A stretch of 64,000 bases of DNA from an uncultured delta proteobacterium (GTDB taxonomy: Bacteria > Desulfobacterota > Zymogenia > Zymogenales > Zymogenaceae): the NCBI GenBank assembly GCA_963735595.1, contig CAVTLK010000001.1, forward strand, positions 864,001 to 928,000, read 5' to 3'. Positions 1 through 9,870 of this stretch are shown piece after piece. A model generated the notes under the pieces. That model ran no database searches. It worked only from the letters and a program-made list of their open reading frames with translations, and was not told the DNA's origin. The first letter of the stretch is position 1; each line of letters starts with the position of its first letter. A program made the position numbers and the translations under genes.

Positions 1-480
1 GAGATTATGGATTTCGCCCTGCTCACCAGAGACAGGCCGCTCGCCGTGCGCTTTATCGAATTTATGCCCATCACGGCCCAAAACGGGTGGGAGCCGGCCA
101 AAGTAGTGCCGAGCGCGGAGGTATTGTCTCTGATACGAAAACGGTATACAATAGAACAAGAGGCAGAAACCCGCGGCGGCGGCCCGTCGACGGATTTGCG
201 GATCGACGGTTTTGCCGGGACCGTCGGTTTCATTTCGCCGGTGTCCAGTCACTTCTGCGACCGGTGCAACCGGCTCAGGGTGACCGCGGATGGCAGAATC
301 AGGGGTTGCCTCTTTTCCGATGACGAGTCGGCAATCCTGCCGATCCTGCGCGAGGGACGCCCCATCGAGGAGATCGCCGCTTTTCTGAAAGAAGCGGTAA
401 CAAAAAAACCCCGGGCGCACGCCATAAACGACGGCCGCTTCAAAAGCTGCCAGCGGGCGATGTCGGCCATTGGAGGATAG
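1..480 (+). CDS. moaA: GTP 3',8-cyclase MoaA, C-terminal part (5' end outside window)
   Basis: RFIEFMP, C-terminal Fe-S motif FCDRCNRLR...GCL and terminal MSAIGG are typical of MoaA; moaC follows. Confidence 0.95.
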   Translation, partial: EIMDFALLTRDRPLAVRFIEFMPITAQNGWEPAKVVPSAEVLSLIRKRYTIEQEAETRGGGPSTDLRIDGFAGTVGFISPVSSHFCDRCNRLRVTADGRIRGCLFSDDESAILPILREGRPIEEIAAFLKEAVTKKPRAHAINDGRFKSCQRAMSAIGG

Positions 481-484
481 CTGT

Positions 485-961
485 ATGACGCTCTCCCATA
501 CCGACGAATCGGGAAAGGCCAGGATGGTGGACGTCTCCGAGAAGGAGATCACCAAGAGGCGCGCGGTCGCGCGGGGCCGCGTCACGATGAAGCCGGAGAC
601 GCTGGCGATGATACGCGAGAACCGGGTCAAGAAGGGGGACGTGCTGGCGACGGCGCGGATCGCCGCGATCATGGCGGCAAAAAGGACCGACGGCATCATC
701 CCGCTCTGCCACCCGATACCAATCACCGATGTATCGGTCGATTTCGAGATTGACCAACCGGAGCCGTCGGTCGTGATCACGGTAACCGTATCGGCGATCT
801 GGCGCACCGGCGTGGAGATGGAAGCGATCGTGGGGGTCCTCGCAGGCGCCGCCACCATCTACGACATGATCAAGGCCGCCGATCGCGCCGCCGTTATCAC
901 CGACGTCGCCCTGATCGAAAAGACGGGCGGCAAGAGCGGAACCTACACGAGGGAGAAGTAA
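485..961 (+). CDS. moaC: cyclic pyranopterin monophosphate synthase MoaC
   Basis: ARMVDVSEK, IPLCHP, TGVEMEA, IYDMIKA, KTGGKSG; GGAGG at 472-476 supports ATG 485. Confidence 0.95.
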   Translation: MTLSHTDESGKARMVDVSEKEITKRRAVARGRVTMKPETLAMIRENRVKKGDVLATARIAAIMAAKRTDGIIPLCHPIPITDVSVDFEIDQPEPSVVITVTVSAIWRTGVEMEAIVGVLAGAATIYDMIKAADRAAVITDVALIEKTGGKSGTYTREK

Positions 962-962
962 C

Positions 963-1421
963 ATGAGCGAGACCGGCAGGATCATCTCCGTCAATATATC
1001 GAAGACAACCGGCATAAAAAAGGACCCGATCTCCAGCGGAGAGCTCGTCAAGGAGCACGGCATCCGTAACGACGCCCATGCGGGCCCGTATCACCGCCAG
1101 ATCAGCCTCCTGGCCCAGGAAAGCATCAATTCGATGAGGGAAAAGGGAGCGGATGTTTCCCCGGGCAGCTTCGGCGAGAACCTGACCACCCAGGGAATCG
1201 ACCTGCCCCTGCTTCCCGTCGGCACGATCCTCACCACCACCGGGGGGGCATCACTTGAGGTGACGCAGATCGGCAAGGTCTGCCACGACCACTGTGCGAT
1301 CTATAAGGCCGTCGGTGACTGCGTCATGCCGCGGGAGGGCATCTTCGTCCGGGTGCTGGAGGGAGGGACGATCAGCCCCGGCGATACGATCACGGTTACC
1401 GGAAAGAGGCCGGACCGATGA
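963..1421 (+). CDS. MOSC domain protein
   Basis: DAHAG..HRQISLL, FGENLTT, TQIGKVCH..CAI, CVMPREGIF; within Moco operon. Confidence 0.9.
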   Translation: MSETGRIISVNISKTTGIKKDPISSGELVKEHGIRNDAHAGPYHRQISLLAQESINSMREKGADVSPGSFGENLTTQGIDLPLLPVGTILTTTGGASLEVTQIGKVCHDHCAIYKAVGDCVMPREGIFVRVLEGGTISPGDTITVTGKRPDR

Positions 1422-1927
1422 CTGAAAACGACGGCCGTTTGATCAGGGCCGCGGTGATCACCCTCAGCGACCGCGGATCGCGCGGCGAGCGCGCCGACGA
1501 GAGCGGCCCGATGATCGAGCGCTTCATCGCCGGCTTAGGGGGGACCGTCGTATCGGCCGAGGTCATCCCCGACGAGGCCGGTATATTAAAAGACCGCCTC
1601 ACCGCGATTGCGGATTCCGGCGCGGCCAACCTCATCCTGACCACCGGCGGCACGGGGCTGGCCCCGCGGGACGTAACCCCGGAGGCTACGCTGGCCGTGG
1701 CCGACCGGATCGTCCCCGGATTCGCCGAGGCCATGAGGGCCGAAAGCCTCACGAAGACCCCCCACGCCATGCTCTCGCGGGCGGTAGCAGTCATGCGAAA
1801 ATCGACGCTCATCATCAACCTGCCGGGCAGCCCCCGGGCGGTTGCGGAATGCCTGGCGGTTATTCGTCCGGCGCTGCCCCACGCCGTGGCCAAGGCATGC
1901 GGTGACGAGGACGACTGCGCCCGTTAA
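1418..1927 (+). CDS. mog: molybdopterin adenylyltransferase (MogA/MoaB family)
   Basis: TLSDRG, TTGGTGLAPRDVTPEAT, AMLSR, NLPGSP. Confidence 0.9.
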   Translation: MTENDGRLIRAAVITLSDRGSRGERADESGPMIERFIAGLGGTVVSAEVIPDEAGILKDRLTAIADSGAANLILTTGGTGLAPRDVTPEATLAVADRIVPGFAEAMRAESLTKTPHAMLSRAVAVMRKSTLIINLPGSPRAVAECLAVIRPALPHAVAKACGDEDDCAR

Positions 1928-1956
1928 ACGCCCGTCCCCGGAAATCGCAATGTGTC

Positions 1957-1985
1957 TTGACTTTATGTCTTCCTTCCGATATAAT
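1957..1985 (+). promoter_or_regulatory. sigma70-type promoter of phosphatase operon
   Basis: TTGACT (1957-1962), 17 nt, TATAAT (1980-1985). Confidence 0.7.
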
Positions 1986-1997
1986 TAATCTTTTACC

Positions 1998-2885
1998 ATG
2001 ATCGATCTGCATATACATACCGACGCCTCATCGGACGGGGTCCATACGGCCCGCGAGGTATTCGACATGGCCCGGGCGGCGGCTCTCGAGGCCATCGCCT
2101 TTGCCGACCACAACAGCATTGCCAACGTCGGCGAGGGGTTACGGCTTTCCGGCGATTACTCGATACCGTTTGTGCCGGCTATTGAGATCAGCTCGAGCCA
2201 CCGGGATCAGGACGTACACGTACTGGGATATTTCATCGACCACCGGTCGGGAGAGTTGAGAGATTTTCTTGCCCGCTGCTATGACGAGTCGGCCCTCCAG
2301 ACCGAGCGTCGGGTGGAGCTTTTGCGGGCGGCCGGATTCGTGCTGGATGTCGCCGACGTCATGGACGAATCCGCGGGCAGGCCCCCCACCGGCAGGAGTT
2401 TTCTTTTGGCCCTCGTCAAGAGACCGGAAAACCGGGATAACAAATACCTGGCGCGCTATACCGCGGGAAACCGATCCGCATCGCCGTCCCAGTTTTTCTA
2501 CCAGGACTATCTGGCGGGGGGACGTCCGGCCTACGTACCGCTGTCGGCATCGGTCACAACGGAAGCGATCACGGTGATATCGGCGGCCGGGGGTATCCCG
2601 ATCCTGGCGCATCCCGGCGTCTACCCGACGCATATCGTCCGGGAGGTGATCGGCATGGGTGTTCTGGGGCTCGAGGCCTACTCGGGTTATCACGACGAGG
2701 CCGCCTCCGGACGATTTGCGCGGTTCTGCCGAAAGCATGGGCTCCTGATCAGCGCGGGGAGCGACTTTCACGGGAGCGAGATCAAACCCGATATCAGGCT
2801 GGGCGTTGCCATAGACAACGGATATGAAATCTACATCGGACTGAGAGAGGCACACCGGAAAAAATATGCTCAAACAACTCCTTAA
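1998..2885 (+). CDS. PHP-domain phosphoesterase (TrpH/YciV-like)
   Basis: DLHIHT..SDG, ADH, HVLGY, LAHP, GSDFHG. Confidence 0.9.
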   Translation: MIDLHIHTDASSDGVHTAREVFDMARAAALEAIAFADHNSIANVGEGLRLSGDYSIPFVPAIEISSSHRDQDVHVLGYFIDHRSGELRDFLARCYDESALQTERRVELLRAAGFVLDVADVMDESAGRPPTGRSFLLALVKRPENRDNKYLARYTAGNRSASPSQFFYQDYLAGGRPAYVPLSASVTTEAITVISAAGGIPILAHPGVYPTHIVREVIGMGVLGLEAYSGYHDEAASGRFARFCRKHGLLISAGSDFHGSEIKPDIRLGVAIDNGYEIYIGLREAHRKKYAQTTP

Positions 2886-4176
2886 GAAGAAAAAGCGGCC
2901 CATCGTGGTCTCAGACTTTGACGGGACCATCAGCACCAGGGACATCAGCTACGAGATCCTCGAACGGTTTTCCACCGGCGGTTGGCAGGGCGTGGACGAG
3001 GCCTACGCGAAGGGAAAGATCGGCTCCCAGGAGGCCTTTCGGCTCATCCTCGAAAAGATCAAGGCGACGAGATCGGAGCTTGTCGACTATATCGCCGCAA
3101 TGCCGCCGCCTATCGATCCCCATTTCGTGGACTTTTACCGCTACCTGAAGGATCGGGGCATCGACCTGGTGATCCTCTCGGACGGGTTTCTCTTCTACAT
3201 CAAGCTCCTCCTCGAACGGGAGGGGATCGTCGACGTTCCCATCTACGCCAATGATATTGTCGAGGATGCGTCGGGTACGCTCGTCCCCGTCTTTCCCCAC
3301 CATAACCCACAGTGTGATACGTGCGGAAACTGCAAATCCGATATCATCAAGAGACTCAAGCAGGATCACGATCACATCATATTCATCGGCGACGGTTATT
3401 CGGACCTCTGCGCCTCGGAGCTTGCCGATACCCTGTTTGCCAAGCGGCAGCTCATGAACCACGCCGCCGAGCACCGGCTTGTCTATACCTACTTCCATAA
3501 TTTTGCCGATGTACAAGCCGAATTCGAAAAAGAGATCAGGGGCGTGATCTTTGACCTGGACGGGACCCTCGTCGATTCCCTGGAGGCCATCAGGACCTCC
3601 TTTCTCCACACCATCGACACGCTCGACCTTGACGTGGACGTGGAAAAGAGCTTCGGGGAGATGATGAACTGGCCGCTGACAGTCGGTATGGAAAAGATAT
3701 TCCCCGGGGTCGACCTGGCCGAAGCGGTGAATGTCTTCCGGGCGAAGTACCACGCCATCTACAAGGAAATGACCCCGGTCAAGCCGGGGATACACGAGGT
3801 GCTGTCGTATCTTGCCGGCTCCGGCGTCAAGCTCACGGTCGCCACCAACAAGCTGGGGACCTATGCCCGGGACCTGATGGAACACCTGGAAATCAACGGC
3901 TACTTCGACGCGGTCATCGGCGTCGGAGACGTCACCAACCCCAAGCCCGAGCCGGACATGGTGGATGCCGCGATCGAGAAAATGGGCACGACGAGAGCCG
4001 ATACGATTCTCGTGGGCGATTCCCAGGTGGATATCGAGACGGCCAGGAACTCGAATATCGACGTCTATGTCGTCTCGGATTCCTTCGACCCACCCGAGGA
4101 GCTGGTCAAACGCAAGCCCCGCAAGATGTTCTATTCGACCGACGAGCTGGGCAGGGAGCTCTCATCGGAGGCCTGA
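2866..4176 (+). CDS. tandem HAD phosphatase: MtnX-like N-domain fused to phosphoglycolate-phosphatase-like C-domain
   Basis: two motif sets: SDFDGTIS/LSDG/CGNCK/IGDGYSD and FDLDGTLVDS/ATNK/KPEP/VGDSQVD. Confidence 0.88.
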   Translation: MLKQLLKKKKRPIVVSDFDGTISTRDISYEILERFSTGGWQGVDEAYAKGKIGSQEAFRLILEKIKATRSELVDYIAAMPPPIDPHFVDFYRYLKDRGIDLVILSDGFLFYIKLLLEREGIVDVPIYANDIVEDASGTLVPVFPHHNPQCDTCGNCKSDIIKRLKQDHDHIIFIGDGYSDLCASELADTLFAKRQLMNHAAEHRLVYTYFHNFADVQAEFEKEIRGVIFDLDGTLVDSLEAIRTSFLHTIDTLDLDVDVEKSFGEMMNWPLTVGMEKIFPGVDLAEAVNVFRAKYHAIYKEMTPVKPGIHEVLSYLAGSGVKLTVATNKLGTYARDLMEHLEINGYFDAVIGVGDVTNPKPEPDMVDAAIEKMGTTRADTILVGDSQVDIETARNSNIDVYVVSDSFDPPEELVKRKPRKMFYSTDELGRELSSEA

Positions 4177-4667
4177 TGTCCGAGCTGCAGGTGCACAACA
4201 AGAAATCGTTCTGCGTCGGCGCCGAGCGCGAGCAGCATAAGCTTTTCGCGATGGCCCTGCCGGGATTGATACGGCCGGTCGAGGATGACCTCAAGACACT
4301 GATAGCCCATGATGTCGGTGCGATCGTCACCATGACCCAGGACCCCCTCGTCCTCCCCCTCCAGTTCCGCCCCCTCTTCGCGCAGCTGCACCTGCCGGTG
4401 GAAAACTTCGAACCCCCGACCATCGACCAGATCGATCGGTTCGTCTCCTTCGTCGACGGCCAGTTCGACCGGGGCGTCAACGTCGCCGTCCACTGCCTGA
4501 TGGGGATCGGGAGGACGGGAACGGCGATTGCCGCCTACCGGGTAAGCCGTGGCGAGACGCCGGATGTGGCGATAAAAAATCTCAGAGAGATCAGGAACTT
4601 CATCGAGACAAAGGAGCAGGAAGAGATGGTCGGGGCCTACTGGCGGCACGTCCGGGGGGAGGGATAG
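4176..4667 (+). CDS. dual-specificity (CX5R) phosphatase
   Basis: VHCLMGIGRTG P-loop; TGATG overlap with upstream gene. Confidence 0.9.
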   Translation: MSELQVHNKKSFCVGAEREQHKLFAMALPGLIRPVEDDLKTLIAHDVGAIVTMTQDPLVLPLQFRPLFAQLHLPVENFEPPTIDQIDRFVSFVDGQFDRGVNVAVHCLMGIGRTGTAIAAYRVSRGETPDVAIKNLREIRNFIETKEQEEMVGAYWRHVRGEG

Positions 4668-4687
4668 GAATTTGTAAGAGAATTACG

Positions 4688-4770
4688 GAATTTTGGGGAC
4701 ACCATACTTAATTCGTTAGGCCTATCGGCTATTCGAGAAACCGGAATTAAGTATGGTGTCCCCAAAATTC
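4688..4770. repeat. MITE/REP-like element family B, perfect 27-bp inverted arms
   Basis: GAATTTTGGGGACACCATACTTAATTC (4688-4714) and exact reverse complement (4744-4770); related copy at 43949-44032. Confidence 0.9.
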
Positions 4771-4838
4771 GTATAATAAGGGGATTGGTTCCCGCCACTT
4801 CGCATACACTCCTCGCGGCTTCGACAGGACGGGCGGCT

Positions 4839-4980
4839 GATTGCTTCGTCGGGCTTTCGCTCTCCTCGCAATGACAATATCAATGGCCGCCGGGGGCGGC
4901 ATCGTTATGTTTTGCCGCCCCTACGGGTTCTAACTCGAATCGACCTTATGTTCCGTAGGGACACGACTTGTCGTGTCCGG
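4839..4980. repeat. cluster of palindromes: family A half plus GTAG-type REP-like hairpins
   Basis: GATTGCTTCGTC...CTCGCAATGAC 4839-4875; GGGGCGGCA...TGCCGCCCCTAC 4892-4924; GTAGGGACACGAC-TT-GTCGTGTCC near 4955-4978. Confidence 0.75.
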
Positions 4981-5047
4981 CGGCCCCTTCTCACGGGCAA
5001 CCAAAGGTATCGCCCGTGCCACCCATCGCAAAAGATTACCCTCTTCC

Positions 5048-5575
5048 CTACTTCTCCGGCCCCGCCTGGTAGGTCGTGGCCTTCTTGGGGGTCTTGCCCT
5101 TGATGACCTCGTGGTAATATTTGTAGGTCAGCGGCGTTCCCTCCTTGAGCACCTGGCAGTTGACGAGGTCCCCCAGGAAAAACGTATGGGTGCCGGCGTC
5201 CATCGTCCCAATGACCTTGAGCTCTAAATACGAGAGGGCATTTTCCGTGACGATGGGGACCCCGGTGGCCCCCTTTATGAAGGCGACCTCCTCGAATTTA
5301 TTCACGTCCTTTCCTGACTTGAACCCGAAGGCGCCGATAAACTGAAACGGGGTCTCCTGGTCGAGGATCGAGACGCCGAACACGCCGCTCTTCGTGACGT
5401 ACTCATGGGTCAGGTTTTCCTTGTTAAGGCAGGCCGCCAGCCGCGGCGGCTGGGCCGTCGCCTGGAAAAAGGTGTTGGCGACCTGGCCGTTGGGCTTCCC
5501 GTCCAGGTGAGAGGTCACAACATATAAGCCGTAGCTGAGCTGGTAAAGGGCCTTCATGTTCAAGGGATCGCTCAT
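5048..5575 (-). CDS. flavin reductase family protein
   Basis: LSYGLYVVTS, FGFKSG.DVNKF, GTHTFFLG, PLTYKYYH; ATG 5575 overlaps fprA stop (track ORF is over-extended). Confidence 0.9.
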   Translation of the reverse strand: MSDPLNMKALYQLSYGLYVVTSHLDGKPNGQVANTFFQATAQPPRLAACLNKENLTHEYVTKSGVFGVSILDQETPFQFIGAFGFKSGKDVNKFEEVAFIKGATGVPIVTENALSYLELKVIGTMDAGTHTFFLGDLVNCQVLKEGTPLTYKYYHEVIKGKTPKKATTYQAGPEK

Positions 5576-6784
5576 TTCGTCCTCTCTTTGAGTTTTTCGG
5601 ATATTTTTTTGCCGAGCGAAAAACAGCCCGCGAGGTCGGCCTCGGTCGGCACATTCTTTACCTTGATCCCCTCGTCGACGACATCCACCTTCATCTCGCC
5701 AAGCAGCCGGGAAAGATGCGCGACGGACTCGCCGCTCCACCCGTACGAGCCGAACGCGGCCCCGATGAGGTTGGTCGGTTTGAGGCCCTTCATATAAACT
5801 AGGACGTCGGCCAGCGTCGGGAAGATATTGTTGTTGAGGGTCGGGGAGCCGGCAACGAGCGCCCCGGCGTTGAGTATCTCGGTGACGACGTCGCTGCGGT
5901 GGTGGGCGGCCATCGGCATGACCTTCGTCTCGGTACCGCCGGCCGAAAGCCCCTCCCCGACGGCCCGCGCCATCAGTGCCGTGCTCTGCCACATCGTGTC
6001 ATAGACGACCACCGCCTTGTTGGACGGGGCGCCGGACGCCCAGCGCGTGTAGCGTGAAAGTATCCAGTGGATCTTCGACCTCCATATCGGCCCGTGGTCT
6101 GGGGCGATCGTCTTGATGTCCCACCCGGTCGTCGGGACCCGCTCCAGCAGCTTCGTGACGAGACCCGCGTAGGGCATGATGATGTTGGCGTAGTATTTGC
6201 CCCCCTCGTAGTCGAGGATGGAATCATCAACCTGGTCGTCGAACCGTTCAAACGAGGCCAGGTGCATCCCGAAGGCATCCTGGGAGAACAGGAGCGACTG
6301 CTCCGGGAGAAACGCGATCATCGAGTCGGGCCAGTGGAGCATCCTGGTCTCGGCAAAGACGAGCCTCATGTTGCCCAGAGAGACGGTCTCCCCGTCCTTT
6401 ACCGGTATGACCTTTCCGGCAATACGCTCGTGAAAGTGATCGACGAGCGTCTTTTCACCCATGAGCCGACGCATAGACCTTTTCGGGACGGATCTGCTCG
6501 ATCACCTCGGGCAGGCACCCCGAGTGATCCATCTCCGAGTGGTTCGAGACGATGATCTTGATCTTCGTGGGGTCAATCACCGAGGCTATCCGCGACAGCA
6601 TCTCGTCTCTGAACGGGGCCTTTACCGTGTCTATCAGGGTCACCTTCTCGGCCATGACGAGATAGGCGTTATAGGTGGTCCCGCGATTCGTGGCATACCC
6701 GTGGAAGTCACGGATGAGCCAGTCTATAGCCCCCACCCAGTAGACCTTATCGGTTATCTGTATCGCCTTGAAATGGGTTCCCAT
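5572..6784 (-). CDS. fprA: flavodiiron protein FprA (one frameshift near 6463)
   Basis: [16 protein letters not shown] (6455-6784 ORF); [26 protein letters not shown] (5572-6474 ORF); removing one base joins KVYASA to MGEKTL. Confidence 0.9.
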
Positions 6785-6793
6785 GTATAGCCC

Positions 6794-7282
6794 CTACTTG
6801 GTTTTGTGTAGCAGATCGGTAAGGACGGTGATGTGCCGCATTTCTTCCTTGATGATCTGGGAGATATCGAGTTTCCCGAGCTCTTCGGGCATCGCTTCCC
6901 GGATTCCGAGATAAAAGACAATGGAATCCTTCTCAATTTCTAAAGCGAAATGAATGACGTCGGAAAGCGTTTCCTTTCCCGTCAGCTTGGCAGAGGGGTC
7001 CGCGTTGATCGGGAAGACGTATCCGCCGGCAACCGCCTTCAGGTACAGGGCCGGTTCTTCATCGATAAGGCTGTCTTCCATACCGGATTTCTTTTTCAGT
7101 TCCTGCCGCATTTCTCTGAACAGCTTTTCGTGTCGGTCTTCCATGGCGGCAAGATCCATCAGCAGGCTCTTTGCCCTGCTGGCCTCGAAAATCCCGGCGG
7201 CCTTGCGGTAGAACCCGGCACCGTTTCTCTCGATCTGCTCCGCGATCTCGAACGTCTCGTCGATATTGAATATCTCAGTCAT
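6794..7282 (-). CDS. ferritin-like / rubrerythrin-family diiron protein
   Basis: AEQIERNG..FY, EDRH, EKDSIVFY, EEMRH. Confidence 0.85.
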   Translation of the reverse strand: MTEIFNIDETFEIAEQIERNGAGFYRKAAGIFEASRAKSLLMDLAAMEDRHEKLFREMRQELKKKSGMEDSLIDEEPALYLKAVAGGYVFPINADPSAKLTGKETLSDVIHFALEIEKDSIVFYLGIREAMPEELGKLDISQIIKEEMRHITVLTDLLHKTK

Positions 7283-7387
7283 CGAATCCCCCTCTCAGAG
7301 CGTGGTAGAATGAAGTTACAGTAGTATTGTATTGAGGTACCCGGCGATTGTCAACCCGAAAACCGGTGCAGTAACGAATGATAGTAC

Positions 7388-7417
7388 TCAACGAGGGGGC
7401 CGGTCGCCCCCTCGTTG
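7388..7417. terminator. hairpin downstream of rbr
   Basis: CAACGAGGGGGC...GCCCCCTCGTTG; no clear U tract. Confidence 0.5.
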
Positions 7418-7444
7418 TGAGCCGGTCGGTTATCGCTGACGATG

Positions 7445-8017
7445 TTACCAGTTCTCACCGAGGAGCTCCTGGTACGCCAGGGGGTGGGCGCAGGCCGGGC
7501 AGGATTGCGGGGGCTCGGGGCCTTCGTGCAGGTAGCCGCAGTTCCTGCAGCGCCAGACGACCTTACCGTCCCGTTTAAAGACCTTGCCCTTCTCGATATT
7601 TGCGGCGAGATCCCGGTAGCGCTTCTCGTGCTGCTTTTCGGCGACGGATATCGCCGTCCAGACCCGGGCGATCTCCTCAAACCCTTCGTCTTTGGCGACT
7701 GTGGCAAACCCCGGATACAGGACCGTGTGCTCATGGTTCTCGCCCATGGCCGCGGCCTTCAGGTTCTCCACGGTCGTGCCGACAACACCGGCCGGGAACG
7801 CCGCAACGATCTCCACTTCGCCCCCTTTGAGGAAGCCGAAGAAGCGTTTCGCGTGTTCCTTTTCCTGATTTGCCGTCTCCTCAAAGATATCGGCTATCTG
7901 TATGTATCCGTCTTTCCTGGCCTGGCTGGCGAAATAGGTGTAACGGTTGCGTGCCTGCGATTCGCCGGCAAACGACCCCAGCAGGTTCTTTTCGGTCTTC
8001 GATCCTTTAAGTTCCAT
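7445..8017 (-). CDS. rbr: rubrerythrin
   Basis: FAGESQARNRY, EKEHAK, EKQHE, C-terminal WRCRNCG...CPACAHP. Confidence 0.95.
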   Translation of the reverse strand: MELKGSKTEKNLLGSFAGESQARNRYTYFASQARKDGYIQIADIFEETANQEKEHAKRFFGFLKGGEVEIVAAFPAGVVGTTVENLKAAAMGENHEHTVLYPGFATVAKDEGFEEIARVWTAISVAEKQHEKRYRDLAANIEKGKVFKRDGKVVWRCRNCGYLHEGPEPPQSCPACAHPLAYQELLGENW

Positions 8018-8131
8018 ACACGTGTCTCCTCTCTGATAGTGATTGATTTCTTATGTTGTCTCGAAATTCAGTTAACTTATTTTCCTCTACAGCCGGCGCT
8101 TCCCCTCTGAAATTGACGAGCGGGCGGCGCC

Positions 8132-8935
8132 TCACCCGACCAACGGGCCGAGAAACGTCACGGCTCCATCCCTGAGATCGGCCCGGATTCCCAGCCGGGT
8201 CAGGGCAAAGTCATACCTGACCGGGTCGTCGGGCGCGATCTCACGGAAGCGTTCGGTAATCTCAAGGGCCGCCGCGAGATCCGCGGACTTCCTGCCGGTA
8301 AATCCAAGCGTACGGGCGATCCTGAACAGGTGCGTATCGAGGGGCACGACCAGCCGGACGCGCGATACCGAGTCCCACCCGCCCGGGTCCACGTCGTCCC
8401 TCCTGACCATCCACCTGAGAAAGAGGTTGAGCCGCTTCATACAGCTCCTCTTTTCATGGTGGGGAATAAGGCTGTTGCATCCGTACTCGAAACAACCGTT
8501 GAGCCCTTCCGCAAACCGGCACAGGGCCGGCGCCGTGGTCCGGTCGCCCCGACCCATACCGGATACGAAGGCCGCCTCCAGCGACCCGTGCCGCCGGATG
8601 AGTCCGCGCGCCCCCAGGAGCGTGAGCACCAGCTCGGCGCCCGTGGTGAATCGGTGCCTGAACCCGCCGAATATCGACGAGAGATCTTCGTGGCCGGCGT
8701 CGGCCAAAAATCGGCCGGGGTGCCGCCCCATCGGCTCCAGTACCGACAATACGCTTTTCATGATTTGCGCAACCCGCCCATACGCCAGCGACGAGGCGAC
8801 CAGCCCGACGACCTCGCGGTCGCGGACGTCGTCGTACCGGTGAAGAAACTCCACCGGGTCGGGATGGATAAATTCGGGCCGGTTGAAGGTATCATAGAGC
8901 CGCTCAAAGGCTTTGCGTTGTTCCGATAGAGTCAT
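8132..8935 (-). CDS. TIGR02757-family protein (HhH-GPD-like)
   Basis: HPDP, LAYGRV, KRLNLFLRWMVR.D.VDPG.W, PLDTH, DPVRYDFAL. Confidence 0.88.
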   Translation of the reverse strand: MTLSEQRKAFERLYDTFNRPEFIHPDPVEFLHRYDDVRDREVVGLVASSLAYGRVAQIMKSVLSVLEPMGRHPGRFLADAGHEDLSSIFGGFRHRFTTGAELVLTLLGARGLIRRHGSLEAAFVSGMGRGDRTTAPALCRFAEGLNGCFEYGCNSLIPHHEKRSCMKRLNLFLRWMVRRDDVDPGGWDSVSRVRLVVPLDTHLFRIARTLGFTGRKSADLAAALEITERFREIAPDDPVRYDFALTRLGIRADLRDGAVTFLGPLVG

Positions 8936-8991
8936 ACGTCGGTTAGTGGATCTTCCACGGTCAGACGCGTCCGTCCTCTCGTGAGGGCCGT

Positions 8992-9174
8992 CTATGTAGA
9001 CGGCTCCCAGTAGCACCGCCTGGGTGAAGCCACCTTCCCTTCCTTCCTGAGGACGTCGATAATTGTCGCGACCTCTTTTTGATCGATCCCGGTCGCATCG
9101 GCAATCTCGCCGGGTTTCATGGGTTTGCCCGCCTTCTTCATGGCGGAAAGGACGGTTTCCTGTTTCTCAACCAT
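8992..9174 (-). CDS. small winged-helix protein
   Basis: 60 aa, VLSAMKKAGKPMKPGEIA...SPRRCYW; GAGGAGG upstream. Confidence 0.75.
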   Translation of the reverse strand: MVEKQETVLSAMKKAGKPMKPGEIADATGIDQKEVATIIDVLRKEGKVASPRRCYWEPST

Positions 9175-9246
9175 ACTTTTCCTCCTCACTATCCGTCCAA
9201 CGGGATTGCGAGCCCCGCGGTGATGGTGCCCGCATCGGCTTGTGGG

Positions 9247-9636
9247 TTACGTCCGGCATCGGGGGCATATGCCGATCAGGTCGAGGCGGCAGCCGACAAT
9301 CCGGTAGCCCGCCACGTCGCCCGTGATTTCGGGGACGACAATCGTATGCCCCGGCCCGACATCGCTGACGGCCCCGCACGAAACGCAGCGGACATGGTGG
9401 TGGGTTTCGGCCTCGCCGTCAAAGCGCTTCGTGGTTCCCGGTACTTCGATCTTCTGGATAACGCCGGAGCCCGAGAGGATCTCGAGGTTTCTGTAGACGG
9501 TGCCGAGGCTTATTTTTGGGAGCTTCCTCCTCACGATCCGATAGAGCTCGTCGGCGGTCGGATGGGTTTTCAGCTTTCCCAGCTCCTCGAGGATGATCGT
9601 GCGCTGCGTAGTCATCCGGGATATCTGATTTGGCAC
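9247..9636 (-). CDS. perR: Fur-family regulator, probably PerR
   Basis: TTQR, HPTADELY, SLGTVYRNL, HHHVRCVSCG, C-terminal CPRC; heads peroxide-stress genes; GTG 9636 start uncertain. Confidence 0.75.
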   Translation of the reverse strand: MPNQISRMTTQRTIILEELGKLKTHPTADELYRIVRRKLPKISLGTVYRNLEILSGSGVIQKIEVPGTTKRFDGEAETHHHVRCVSCGAVSDVGPGHTIVVPEITGDVAGYRIVGCRLDLIGICPRCRT

Positions 9637-9650
9637 GTCCTTACCTTTCT

Positions 9651-9699
9651 GATAACTATTACTATTAATAATTTTATGATATGCGACACATCCTGTCAA
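9651..9699 (-). promoter_or_regulatory. promoter with adjacent Fur/Per-box-like site
   Basis: minus strand TTGACA (9694-9699), 17 nt, TAAAAT (9671-9676), then ATTAATAGTAATAGTTATC (9651-9669), 13/19 to GATAATGATAATCATTATC. Confidence 0.65.
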
Positions 9700-9816
9700 T
9701 ACATATTTTAGTTCGTGCGCCAATAGCCACCGCTTTTTAACTATCAACCCGATGATCTCCACTGTACCGGCGGAAAGAGACGGCTTCTCCTGCCGAGTTG
9801 AGCCGTCACTTTTTTC

Positions 9817-9870
9817 TTGACACGCCGATCTCAGGAGGGGTATAAGGGAACATGACCGGACGGTCGGTCG
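9817..9870 (+). promoter_or_regulatory. tetR promoter and operator 1
   Basis: TTGACA (9817-9822), 18 nt, TATAAG (9841-9846), then TGACCGGACGGTCGGTCG (9853-9870). Confidence 0.65.

Noticed and set aside
5576..5992. N-terminal extension of the flavin reductase ORF
   Set aside because: Overlaps fprA in another frame; ATG 5575 has an RBS and couples to the fprA stop
6440..6480. Programmed frameshift or natural split of fprA
   Set aside because: No slippery sequence; break falls mid-domain; similar indels occur throughout the window
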